Origin: Usitatibacteraceae bacterium
GTDB taxonomy: Bacteria > Pseudomonadota > Gammaproteobacteria > Burkholderiales > Usitatibacteraceae
Direction: 5' to 3'
Length of the DNA: 64,000 nucleotides
NCBI GenBank assembly: GCA_038901695.1
Contig: JBCKPN010000001.1
Location: 1,105-65,104 of the forward strand
Part shown: positions 29,255 through 37,744 of the stretch, piece after piece
Position numbering within the stretch: position 1 is the first letter of the stretch
Layout of the letters: every line of letters starts with the position of its first letter
Position numbers and translations under genes: made by a program
The notes under the pieces: generated by a model
The model's database searches: none
Told to the model about the DNA's origin: nothing
What the model saw: only the letters and a program-made list of their open reading frames with translations

Positions 29255-31018
29255 ATGATCTACACCATAAAATCACCCGCCTTGCTCATCATCGGCATAC
29301 TCATGCTGGTCTGGGGAGGCTTGAATACAAGCGGTGCCTTGGACGGCGTGCAATCCTATCTGCAAAAAAGTGCCTACGGCAACCACATGACCGTCAAAGC
29401 GAAGTTTGATTTCGAGGCGCGTGCGGCTACTGAAATCGCAGCAGCCGAAGGCAAGCCAGCACCGGCGGTAATGAAAATGCCGGCCTCGAGCTTCGACGCC
29501 GCAAAGGCCGATCAGGCCAGAATAGTGAATATGTTTGGCGGCACCTTTCTTCTGATAGGTCTGTTCACCCTGCTGTGGAAGCCCAAGCAGGGCGATCTCG
29601 ACTACTTTATTTCGGTAGTTCCGGGAATCGCCTTTATCCTGCTTATTGTAGTTGTTGTGCGATGGGTTCTTGATCCGATTTTTGGCAACTTGGGCAGGGC
29701 GGTTCAGGATGCAGGCATCCTGTCGTGGAACTTTGCCAGGATATTTAACCTAAACCATATAGTGCTGGGGATATTGGCCGGCATAATTGCAGCTAACGTG
29801 TTCAAGATTCCCGCATGGGCCGGCAATGGCGTGCGCACCGCGCGTTTAGGTCTCAAGACCGGCGTGATTCTGCTGGGTACCCTTTACAGCGCGAAAGAAC
29901 TGGCGCAATTGGGCGTGCTGTCCGTGGTCATGATCGGCATCTTCGTGCTGGGCTCGGTATGGCTGGTGCTCATCATGGGCAAGCGCATGCAGTGCACCAA
30001 TTCGATGACGGGCGTACTGTCGGCGGGAATAGGGGTGTGCGGGGTGTCGGCCGCGGTGGCAGCGGCTCCTGTAGTCAAGGCCACGGCCGAGGAGATCGCG
30101 TACACCATCGGCACCGTCCTGATCTGGGGCGTGGGCTGTATGTTCCTGTTCCCTACTGTCGGGCATCTCCTCGAGATGGGTCCGGTACAGTTTGGCGCAT
30201 GGGCCGGAACCGGTATTTTGAACTCCGCACAGGTGGCGGGCGCGGCTTTGGCGTTCGATCCGAATGGCATTGAAACCCTCAAGGTGGCGGAGATTTTCAA
30301 CATCACCCGCGTGCTGTTTCTGCCTCTCATCGTGTTGTGGCTTGCTGCCTGGTATATGAAACATGAAGTGGGTGCGGAGAAAATAAACCTGACACAGGTC
30401 GTTATCTCCAAATTTCCGTTATTCGTGCTCGGTTTTATTGGCATGTTCGCGATGAGCACAATGGGTGTCTTTGCACCAGCCGACCACTATCAGGGCAAAT
30501 ACTTCAGCAGCGCGGAAGTCAAGCAAGACAAACTGCTCAGTGGCAAGGCATTGAGAGCCTTGGATGGCGAGCTGACACGTCTGCGCGGGGCGGAAGATGC
30601 GCAAGTGCTGAGCAAGTTTCTGGTGGAGAAGACTGTGGTGATTGAGAGTCACAGGGTAACGTCGGAAGAAGTCTACAAGGCGTTCGTTGAGTTGATTGCC
30701 AACAAGAAGATGATGACGCGCGACCAGAGTTATATTCTGTTTGCCGTGAGCAAGATGGAGGGGCTGGATCCCGGTGCAAAGGGTGCGATTGACAACGCCA
30801 AAAAGGCAGCAGAATTCGACTCCAAGGTCATCACGGCTTACCGCGACTGGCTTGTATGGCTGTTCGGTTTTGGTCTGGTCGGTCTGGGCATGCAGATTAC
30901 CGGCAAATCGCTTAAGCAGGCGGGTGGTATGCCATTGATCATCGGAGGCACAGTAGGTACGGTGAAAGCTGTCGGTTCCCTGATTGTGGTGATGTTATTT
31001 GTCAAAGAGTTTATTTAA
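29255..31018 (+). CDS. YeiH/UPF0324 (putative sulfate exporter family) membrane protein, enlarged
   Basis: The core reads NHIVLGILAGIIAANVF...KTGVILLGTLYS...GVCGVSAAVAAAPV...GAWAGTGILNSAQVAGAALAF. At 587 aa it carries an extra N-terminal segment and a soluble insert of about 130 aa before the last TM helices. Confidence 0.7.
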   Translation: MIYTIKSPALLIIGILMLVWGGLNTSGALDGVQSYLQKSAYGNHMTVKAKFDFEARAATEIAAAEGKPAPAVMKMPASSFDAAKADQARIVNMFGGTFLLIGLFTLLWKPKQGDLDYFISVVPGIAFILLIVVVVRWVLDPIFGNLGRAVQDAGILSWNFARIFNLNHIVLGILAGIIAANVFKIPAWAGNGVRTARLGLKTGVILLGTLYSAKELAQLGVLSVVMIGIFVLGSVWLVLIMGKRMQCTNSMTGVLSAGIGVCGVSAAVAAAPVVKATAEEIAYTIGTVLIWGVGCMFLFPTVGHLLEMGPVQFGAWAGTGILNSAQVAGAALAFDPNGIETLKVAEIFNITRVLFLPLIVLWLAAWYMKHEVGAEKINLTQVVISKFPLFVLGFIGMFAMSTMGVFAPADHYQGKYFSSAEVKQDKLLSGKALRALDGELTRLRGAEDAQVLSKFLVEKTVVIESHRVTSEEVYKAFVELIANKKMMTRDQSYILFAVSKMEGLDPGAKGAIDNAKKAAEFDSKVITAYRDWLVWLFGFGLVGLGMQITGKSLKQAGGMPLIIGGTVGTVKAVGSLIVVMLFVKEFI

Positions 31019-31029
31019 AGGAGAATATT

Positions 31030-31152
31030 ATGTCAAAACAAAATTTTGAACGCGGTAGCAGCTTGTCAATTTTTGTAAGCGACCGGCGCGAAGACTTAAC
31101 TGCACTGATCTTTGCATTCGCCATTGCTTTCGGCGTTATGCTGACGGTTTAA
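31030..31152 (+). CDS. small membrane protein, 40 aa
   Basis: The product is MSKQNFERGSSLSIFVSDRREDLTALIFAFAIAFGVMLTV. A strong SD (AAAGGAG) lies upstream, the ORF starts 11 nt after the exporter stop, and a terminator follows. It is below the ORF-track size cut-off. Confidence 0.5.
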   Translation: MSKQNFERGSSLSIFVSDRREDLTALIFAFAIAFGVMLTV

Positions 31153-31166
31153 GGTAGTTTAACCAA

Positions 31167-31209
31167 GCGCGGGTGCCCTGCGAGAGCAGGGTTCCCGCGC
31201 TTTTTTTTT
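31167..31209 (+). terminator. rho-independent terminator
   Basis: gcgcgggtgccctgcgagagcagggttcccgcgc is followed by T9. Confidence 0.85.
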
Positions 31210-31240
31210 GGTATTTCACTATGTTTTTTGGTATTTCACT

Positions 31241-31711
31241 ATGCGGAATATAAAAACATTATTACTTGCCCATCACGGCACAACTGGGGCCGCGCTGGCG
31301 GAGACATTGGCGCTGGAGATTGCAACACCTGGCCAGACCAGAATCGTACACCTGCTGGTCGTGCCCGATTTATGGGCAGGCATGCAGGGGGACGACTGGC
31401 TGAACAACGCATCCACACGGGATGCATTCGGCGACTATGTGGAAGGCATTCTAGAGGCGGAAGCCAAGAAACAGCTACGCGCAGTGGAAGGGCGCTGCAG
31501 CGAACGCGGTATCGACTACAAGGCTGTGATGCGTCTGGGTGACCCGGCAGAATGTCTGCTGGAAATAGCGGCACAGGAAAGCGTGACTATGGTCGTGATC
31601 GGCCCGCCCCGCCCCAAGGGTGTAACAGGCCTGCGTTCGCGCATGGATATGGAGAAACTGGCGCGCGGTTTGTCGGTGCCGCTGCTGATGGCTGCACGAA
31701 CTGCTTCATGA
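31241..31711 (+). CDS. universal stress protein family (UspA-like)
   Basis: It starts MRNIKTLLLAHHGTTGA... and shows a typical USP fold pattern with LGDPAECLLEIAAQESVTMVVIG. The start lies in the second copy of a 20-bp tandem duplication. Confidence 0.7.
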   Translation: MRNIKTLLLAHHGTTGAALAETLALEIATPGQTRIVHLLVVPDLWAGMQGDDWLNNASTRDAFGDYVEGILEAEAKKQLRAVEGRCSERGIDYKAVMRLGDPAECLLEIAAQESVTMVVIGPPRPKGVTGLRSRMDMEKLARGLSVPLLMAARTAS

Positions 31712-32355
31712 TGGGAAAACCCCCCGACCAGAGCGGAGAAGATTTTGCCTTGATCAGTGTCGATTTGCCGCTGTCGACGGGCGAACTCTATGCATTTATT
31801 CAGCAGACAGAACGGCTGTTCAGGCTCAATCCCCACCTTGAAATTAAATCTTGGCAGGAGGATGCGCCGGGTAAAATTTTTGCGGGCAAGCAGATTCGCG
31901 TCAATTGCATGAATGAGATGAATGGCCTGACGCAGAGCATGACGCTGAGTGTGAGTGATGTGCAGCCGGAGGTGTCGTTCACGCTCAATTATGACAGCGG
32001 CCTGAAGAAAGCCACTATTTTTACCGTGCAGCCTGTTGGTTCGGCATCAAGCAAACTGGTGGTGAAGGAGCTGTATCCGGACGAGCTCAGCACCGCTGAG
32101 AGGGAGAAGCGATTGAACGAGGTGGACAACTCTCTGCTGCCGTGGGGTGCGGCTATCCACAGCTATTTCAAGCGCAAGTCGCGTTGGGGGTGGCTGCCCT
32201 TTTACAGTTGGCTGCAGAATTCATGCTGGCTGGGTATGATGCCACGCCATCGGCGCATCAGCCGCTTGATTATCTGGACGACGGTGTTGGAGTTTGTGGT
32301 GTTTTTGTTTGTGTTCGCTATTTACTGGTCGGAACTGGGGCGTGCGAATGCATAA
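31708..32355 (+). CDS. hypothetical protein with C-terminal membrane anchor (paralog 1)
   Basis: Its ATG overlaps the USP stop. The C-terminus RRISRLIIWTTVLEFVVFLFVFAIYW is a TM helix. I recognise no family. Confidence 0.6.
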   Translation: MMGKPPDQSGEDFALISVDLPLSTGELYAFIQQTERLFRLNPHLEIKSWQEDAPGKIFAGKQIRVNCMNEMNGLTQSMTLSVSDVQPEVSFTLNYDSGLKKATIFTVQPVGSASSKLVVKELYPDELSTAEREKRLNEVDNSLLPWGAAIHSYFKRKSRWGWLPFYSWLQNSCWLGMMPRHRRISRLIIWTTVLEFVVFLFVFAIYWSELGRANA

Positions 32356-32366
32356 ACAAGCTGAGC

Positions 32367-32477
32367 ATGTCTCCCCGCCAGCGTCGCATCAGCCGTCTCC
32401 TGATCTGGATTGTGGCGCTCGAATTTATCGTGTTCCTGTTCGTGTTTATCATTTACTGGCTGGAATTCTTGCGCTAG
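32367..32477 (+). pseudogene. tail-only partial duplicate of the preceding gene (36 codons)
   Basis: MSPRQRRISRLLIWIVALEFIVFLFVFIIYWLEFLR mirrors the last ~35 residues of 31708-32355. Confidence 0.5.
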
Positions 32478-32519
32478 TGTCGTGAATCGGAAATACGAAT
32501 AGGAACTCCAAGCGCATGA

Positions 32520-33235
32520 GCCCAAGTATCGCACCGTAACGCCGCCCCGGAAAACGCGGTTCGGCGCAGCATCGACGAGGCATCGTCAATCAGATCCAGG
32601 ATTTTTCGCCCCACTGCGCACAGGGGTGCGTATACGAGCCCAGCGCAGGAAGATTACGCCCGCGCCCAGACCCCCCATATCCCGATCGGCCCCGATGCCT
32701 TGTTCGAGTTCGTTGCGGACATTGGGTGCCTGTTGCGTATCAATCCCCATCTCGACATCGAGATCTGGCAGCGCATGCCCGACGGTGTACGATTGGCCGC
32801 GCTCAACGAGACGACAGGGCGACGCATCGAACGGCGGTCCGCGTCGAGACGATCCGGGCGACACGCACCATCGTCCTGAGCTACGAGGCCGACTTCAAGC
32901 GCGCAACCAAGCTTACGGTCGAGGACGGCGATGACCACGGCAGTCGCCTCGTCGTTACCGAGCACTACCCGGTCATCGGGGACGACAAGGATCCGCGCGT
33001 CGCCGAGGTCGATCGCAGCCTGATTCCCTGGGTCGATGCCATCCGCCGCCATCTGCTCGGCCGCGAACGCTGGGGCTGGTTGCCAGGTTGGCGCTGGTGG
33101 AACGAGAGATTCCTGCCCGGCATGGTGCTGCGGCAACGCCGCATCGTGCGCATGATCGTCTGGGTCAGCCTGATCGAATTTGTGGTATTTCTCTTCGTCG
33201 CCGCAATATTCTGGCTGGAACGCCAGCGCGGCTGA
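32520..33235 (+). pseudogene. second paralog of 31708-32355, apparently frameshifted and lacking a start codon
   Basis: The N-terminal homology (AQEDYARAQTPHIPIGPDALFEFVADIGCLLRINPHLDIEIWQ...LNETTGRRIE) is in one frame. The continuation (TAVRVETIRATRTIVLSYEADFKRATKLTV...RWGWLPGW...RRIVRMIVWVSLIEFVVFLFVAAIFW) is in another. The switch is at about 32828, consistent with a 1-nt loss. Confidence 0.6.
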
Positions 33236-33324
33236 TTTTCATGGCGTCAATCCGCGTCATAGCACCCTTCCACCGTGCGCATGCTGGCGTTCCGCGCATT
33301 ACTCCGGTAAACGCCCGGCAAGAA

Positions 33325-33936
33325 TCACTTCTTCGCCGCAATCTCCTGCAACTTCGTCGGCTGAATGATGTGCCCGTCCAGCCCCGCCTCCTTGACTGTG
33401 CCGCCGTAGGCCACGGTCATGAGCTGCGAGTAGTAGAGCACCGGCATGTTGAGCTTGGTGCCCTGCTTGCGGTTGATCTCGGACTGGTAAATCTCGACAT
33501 TGGCTTGGCACAGTGGACAGGGTGTGACAATCATCTTGGCGCCGTGATCGTAGGCCGACTCCATGATGTCACGAATCTGCTTCTGGCTCTTTTCCGGTTC
33601 TGAAAAGGCCAGCGCCCCGCCACAGCAGGTCACCTTCTGGTCATAGGCTGCAATCACCTCGCCGCCCACGGTTTCAACCAGCTTGTCGAGATAGACCGGA
33701 TTCTCGAACGACTCGCCATCAATGCTAAATGGCCGGTTGGTCTGGCAGCCCACGTAGCCGGCAAACTTGATCCCTTCGAGCGATTTGACCACCGGCTTTT
33801 TCAGTTCGTCGTAACCAAAATCGGCGTGGTTCAAAATCGGGTAACACTTTTTCGGGTGGCCATCGGTTGAGTCATAGGCAAACCATCCAAAATTCACATT
33901 GTCCGTGTTACCCAAAAACGTTACTTTTTGAACCAC
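33325..33936 (-). CDS. HdrB-like CCG-domain protein, possibly 5'-truncated
   Basis: It has a single CCG-type cysteine motif set (GCQTNRP...TCCGG...TPCPLCQ). The start is GTG, 4 nt after a terminator. HdrB-type proteins normally carry two CCG domains. Confidence 0.55.
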   Translation of the reverse strand: MVQKVTFLGNTDNVNFGWFAYDSTDGHPKKCYPILNHADFGYDELKKPVVKSLEGIKFAGYVGCQTNRPFSIDGESFENPVYLDKLVETVGGEVIAAYDQKVTCCGGALAFSEPEKSQKQIRDIMESAYDHGAKMIVTPCPLCQANVEIYQSEINRKQGTKLNMPVLYYSQLMTVAYGGTVKEAGLDGHIIQPTKLQEIAAKK

Positions 33937-33939
33937 GCC

Positions 33940-33969
33940 AAAAAAGCCGCCTGTAAAGGCGGCTTTTTT
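33940..33969 (-). terminator. rho-independent terminator after small ORF copy 2
   Basis: aaaaaagccgcctgtaaaggcggctttttt forms the stem-loop with flanking A and T runs. Confidence 0.8.
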
Positions 33970-34073
33970 GTCAGCGTCCGAAGTCCGGCATCAGTCGATG
34001 ATGTGGTAAACCGGTGCCTTCTCCATATCCCACTTGAGAACTTGTGTGCGGTGCCGCCAATGGTATCGCCGCT

Positions 34074-34392
34074 GAGGCGATTCCCTTTATGGACTCGCAT
34101 CCTAGCCGCGCGATCCGGCTCATCGATGCTACGGGTATTACGCCTACGGCTTTTTCGGCGTCTTGTATTCGACTTCCTTCTGGAACGGTTTCCAGACGGT
34201 TTCGTAACCAAAAAACCCCTTTTCGTTTGGCGCCATCTGACGCGTTGTAAAAAAACGCGTGAGGCCGTCAGGAACTTTGGTGGGGGGTTTTTGCTCGCTC
34301 ATAAATCACCTTTTTTTGCCGTGAAGTCAGGATTGTAAGTGCAAGTAACTAAATCCGAAATTTGTCCGGTGCCATTCAAAACCACCACTTAA
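34074..34392 (-). repeat. inverted-repeat module, copy 2
   Basis: It is the reverse-complement match to 26316-26633. Confidence 0.9.
34144..34302 (-). CDS. small basic protein, 52 aa, unknown function (copy 2)
   Basis: The product is MSEQKPPTKVPDGLTRFFTTRQMAPNEKGFFGYETVWKPFQKEVEYKTPKKP. An SD (AAAGGTGA) lies upstream. Confidence 0.6.
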   Translation of the reverse strand: MSEQKPPTKVPDGLTRFFTTRQMAPNEKGFFGYETVWKPFQKEVEYKTPKKP

Positions 34393-34898
34393 ACAGGCCT
34401 CATGAGTGACGGGTCGATATCCGCGCCCGCAATGATCGCCTCGCCCACTCTGGTCTCTTCATCAGTTGCATCGCGCACGGTCAGTATCTCGAGTGTAAAG
34501 ACGACCGCTCTGCCGCAAAGCGGATTGTTGCCATCGACAGTCAGTTTCTCGTCGTCCATCTGCGTCACGATAAAGCTGCGAGGCTGGCCCTTGTCGTTTT
34601 CCATGAGGATGGAGCCGCCGATTTGCCGATACGCCTCGGGGACATTCTCAATGTGATCGGTAAAAACCAACGACTCGTCTCTGGGGCCGAAGATCTGATT
34701 GCCATCGATTGGCACTTCGATCACGTCGCCAACGCACTTGCCCTCCAGCTCCTGATGGACGGAAGGCGCCAGAATTTCATTGTACCCATGGACATAGCCC
34801 AACGGGAAATCGACCCCGGAGAGAACATGCCCCGATTTCTTGTCGGTCACCTTGTAGGTTAATTCGACGAACTTGCCGTCTTGGATGGTTTCACTCAT
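34389..34898 (-). CDS. FKBP-type peptidyl-prolyl cis-trans isomerase (SlyD/FkpB-like)
   Basis: It starts MSETIQDGKFVELTYKVTDKKSGHVLS... and contains ...NNPLCGRAVVFTLEILTVRDAT, the typical FKBP/IF-domain pattern. Confidence 0.75.
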   Translation of the reverse strand: MSETIQDGKFVELTYKVTDKKSGHVLSGVDFPLGYVHGYNEILAPSVHQELEGKCVGDVIEVPIDGNQIFGPRDESLVFTDHIENVPEAYRQIGGSILMENDKGQPRSFIVTQMDDEKLTVDGNNPLCGRAVVFTLEILTVRDATDEETRVGEAIIAGADIDPSLMRPV

Positions 34899-34918
34899 GT
34901 CGAATCCGAACGAACTGC

Positions 34919-35326
34919 TCAAAAGATGGATGCACCAAAAATCTTGACCTCTTCATTTTCATAGCCGAGGACAAGTCTGCCAAGCCATTCGCCTTGCTTT
35001 TTAGTGCTCCGCTGCCGGTAAAGAACCGTCACATGCTCGCCCCGGCGGATAATGCCGAGCGAGTCGACGTCATCAGACAGATTTCTCGCCAGTTCACTAT
35101 TCGCGAACTGATGGCCCGCCACAACATGATTCAAGGCAAGCGCCATGGGAGTGGAAAAATTCTTTACAAATTCTCCGTATTGGCCTTCGTTCGAATGTTT
35201 GACGAGGTCGCGCCACAGGGGATCGGCGATGGCCAGAATCTCTTCATCGGTTTTTCCAATAATGTTCACGCGAGGGTCTTGGCTACCGGAAGAGACCCGC
35301 TCTATAGGGCTCACAACACTCGACAT
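34919..35326 (-). CDS. hypothetical protein, 135 aa, downstream of aprA
   Basis: The ORF starts at MSSVVSPIERV, 26 nt after the aprA stop. The longer track ORF (to 35701) overlaps aprA and is not credible. I recognise no family. Confidence 0.55.
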   Translation of the reverse strand: MSSVVSPIERVSSGSQDPRVNIIGKTDEEILAIADPLWRDLVKHSNEGQYGEFVKNFSTPMALALNHVVAGHQFANSELARNLSDDVDSLGIIRRGEHVTVLYRQRSTKKQGEWLGRLVLGYENEEVKIFGASIF

Positions 35327-35352
35327 GCTGGTCTCTTCTGCCTGGGATATTG

Positions 35353-37221
35353 CTACTCGCCATCCGTAACCAAGTGATACAAAGGCGCCTTCTCCATGGT
35401 GTATTCGCCGGTTTCCGGATCGCGACGCGAAACTGTCAGCACGTGCCAACTTTCGTCGTCCAGCTTCATGAAGTCGCCTCGGTAGTAGTAACCCGGCCAA
35501 CGGGTCTCCTTGCGGAACAGCGTGTGCTGCGTAACGCACTCTGCAGCGCGATGACGGTGCATCAATTCCCACGCACGCAGCAACTCGTGGATATCCGCTG
35601 CGGCCAAGCTCTGAAGGTCTTCCTCCATGATCTCGAGCTTCTTGAGACCGATATTCAGGAGCTTCTCGTTGGTCATGTAGTTGACGGTCACTCCGCCGCA
35701 ATACTCGTCCATCAGTTTCTGTAGACGGTCTAGGCCCTGCTTGGGATTGATGTAGTGCGGGTTGACATCGCCCGCCACGATCGCATTGCGGTACATCTTG
35801 TAATGCTCCAGTGGCTTGTAGATCTCTTTCTTGCGACGGTTGATCTGCTCATCGGATACGACGATGCCTTCGGCCTTTCCGTCGTCGATGTATTTGCAGG
35901 CAGCCTTCGCGGCGAGACGACCTTCGGTGAACGAGCCGGCGGAGAATTTGTGCGGCGTGCCGCCGACTGCGTCACCGGCGCCGAACAGACCATCGATCGT
36001 CGTCATGCGGTTGTAACCCCAGAAATACTCGGGAGGGGAAAGGTCCTCGGGACCCGAGCACCAAGCACCAGAGCCAGTCGCGTGCGAGCCCATGACGTAG
36101 GGCTCGGATGTGGTCAGCTCGGGATTCTCGTGCTTGGGATCCACGTCGGTGGCGGCCCACAGAACCGCCTGGCCGACGGTCATGCCGAGGAAGTTTTCCC
36201 AACCGACCTCTTCCAAATGAGGATCCTGGAAGGCTTGCATGGTCACCATGTGAATGGGACCGCGGCCGGCGTTGACTTCGCTGATAATTGCATGGTTGCG
36301 CAAGCAGGTCGGGATTGGCCGATGGGTCAAGTGCGACGCTTCCGGATCGAGATATTCCTTGCCAACCATTTTCTGTAGTTCGGGGAACCATTTGGATTCG
36401 TACTCTTCGCCCAGGCAGTTCTGCGTATAGGTCTTCAGGTGCAGGAAGTAGGCGCCAACCGGGCCATAACCGTCCTTGAAACGTGCCAGCACGATGCGAT
36501 TTTCCATCTGCGTCATTTTGGCGCCAGCGTCGATCATGAGCCCATAGGCAGACGCGGACGACCAGGGCGCATACCAAGTGCGGCCGGCACCTTCGCCCAC
36601 TGAACGCGGTTTAAAGATGTTGGAGGCGCCGCCCGCAGCGCAGATCACGGTCTTGGATTTGAAGACGTGGTAGTTGCCTGTGCGGACGTTGAAGCCAACG
36701 GCACCGGCAATCCGGTTCTCCTTGCTGTCGTCCATCAGCAGGTGGGTGACGCAGATGCGGTTGAAGATCTTGTCCGCCGATTTTTTGGCGGCCTCGGCCA
36801 CGATGGGCTTGTAGGACTCGCCGTGAATCATGATCTGCCATCGCCCTTCACGCAGATAGCGCCCGGTTTTCGGGTCCTTCATGATGGGCAGGCCCCAATC
36901 TTCGAACTGATGCACCGTGGAGTCAACGTGACGGGCCATATCGAACAGCAGGTCTTCCCGCAGCATCCCCATCAGGTCGATGCGGGCGTAGCGGACATGA
37001 TCCTCCGGCTTATTTTCGCCCCAGCGGGTGCCCATATAGCAGTTGATAGCGTACAGCCCCTGGGCGACCGCACCGGAGCGATCAATATTGGCCTTCTCGG
37101 CAATGACAATATTCTTGTCTTGACCCCAGAATCGGGCCTCCCATGCGGCACCAGTGCCGCCAAGGCCTCCACCGACGACTAGAACATCAATGCCTTCTTC
37201 AACGATCGTTTCGTAAGCCAT
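35353..37221 (-). CDS. aprA: adenylylsulfate (APS) reductase alpha subunit
   Basis: The FAD fold VLVVGGGLGGTGAA is present. The length is 622 aa with AprA-typical sequence throughout, and it sits immediately after aprB. Confidence 0.93.
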   Translation of the reverse strand: MAYETIVEEGIDVLVVGGGLGGTGAAWEARFWGQDKNIVIAEKANIDRSGAVAQGLYAINCYMGTRWGENKPEDHVRYARIDLMGMLREDLLFDMARHVDSTVHQFEDWGLPIMKDPKTGRYLREGRWQIMIHGESYKPIVAEAAKKSADKIFNRICVTHLLMDDSKENRIAGAVGFNVRTGNYHVFKSKTVICAAGGASNIFKPRSVGEGAGRTWYAPWSSASAYGLMIDAGAKMTQMENRIVLARFKDGYGPVGAYFLHLKTYTQNCLGEEYESKWFPELQKMVGKEYLDPEASHLTHRPIPTCLRNHAIISEVNAGRGPIHMVTMQAFQDPHLEEVGWENFLGMTVGQAVLWAATDVDPKHENPELTTSEPYVMGSHATGSGAWCSGPEDLSPPEYFWGYNRMTTIDGLFGAGDAVGGTPHKFSAGSFTEGRLAAKAACKYIDDGKAEGIVVSDEQINRRKKEIYKPLEHYKMYRNAIVAGDVNPHYINPKQGLDRLQKLMDEYCGGVTVNYMTNEKLLNIGLKKLEIMEEDLQSLAAADIHELLRAWELMHRHRAAECVTQHTLFRKETRWPGYYYRGDFMKLDDESWHVLTVSRRDPETGEYTMEKAPLYHLVTDGE

Positions 37222-37700
37222 CAGTAGTACACCCCTGTCTTTAGCGTGAGACCGTTGGACTTAAGCGTATGTAAACCGCCATCATCCATGCGGATATATT
37301 TCGGCTCGCTGTACAACAACTCGCTGTCGCGCATTTCCTGGCTGGGCCCGGAAACATCCGCGAGCTTAGGGATCGCCGTCCCCCAGGGCTTGGTGGTAAT
37401 GGGCGACAGGAAGTTCTTTTCCGTACCATTCCGGAATTTGATCTTCCAGGCGATCGTGCCTTTCGCTTCGTCTCGGTCGACACGAACGCTGTGACCGAGC
37501 GGGGCAAAGTCGGCATATCCGCGCACATCGATCGCATTCTGCGGACAAGCCTTGACGCATGAGTAGCACTCCCAGCACATGCTAGGCTCGATGTTGTAGG
37601 CACGGCGATAGGTCTTATCGATGTGCATGATGTCCGAGGGGCAGATGTCGACGCAATGTCCGCATCCGTCGCACTTTGTCATATAAACAAAGGTAGGCAT
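37221..37700 (-). CDS. aprB: adenylylsulfate reductase beta subunit
   Basis: It has two [4Fe-4S] motifs, CDGCGHCVDICP and CWECYSCVKACP. Its stop overlaps the aprA start by 1 nt. Confidence 0.93.
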   Translation of the reverse strand: MPTFVYMTKCDGCGHCVDICPSDIMHIDKTYRRAYNIEPSMCWECYSCVKACPQNAIDVRGYADFAPLGHSVRVDRDEAKGTIAWKIKFRNGTEKNFLSPITTKPWGTAIPKLADVSGPSQEMRDSELLYSEPKYIRMDDGGLHTLKSNGLTLKTGVYY

Positions 37701-37744
37701 AAGTCGGTTCCTCGATCTGTTCTTATAGAATTTGCGGGCTGTTT

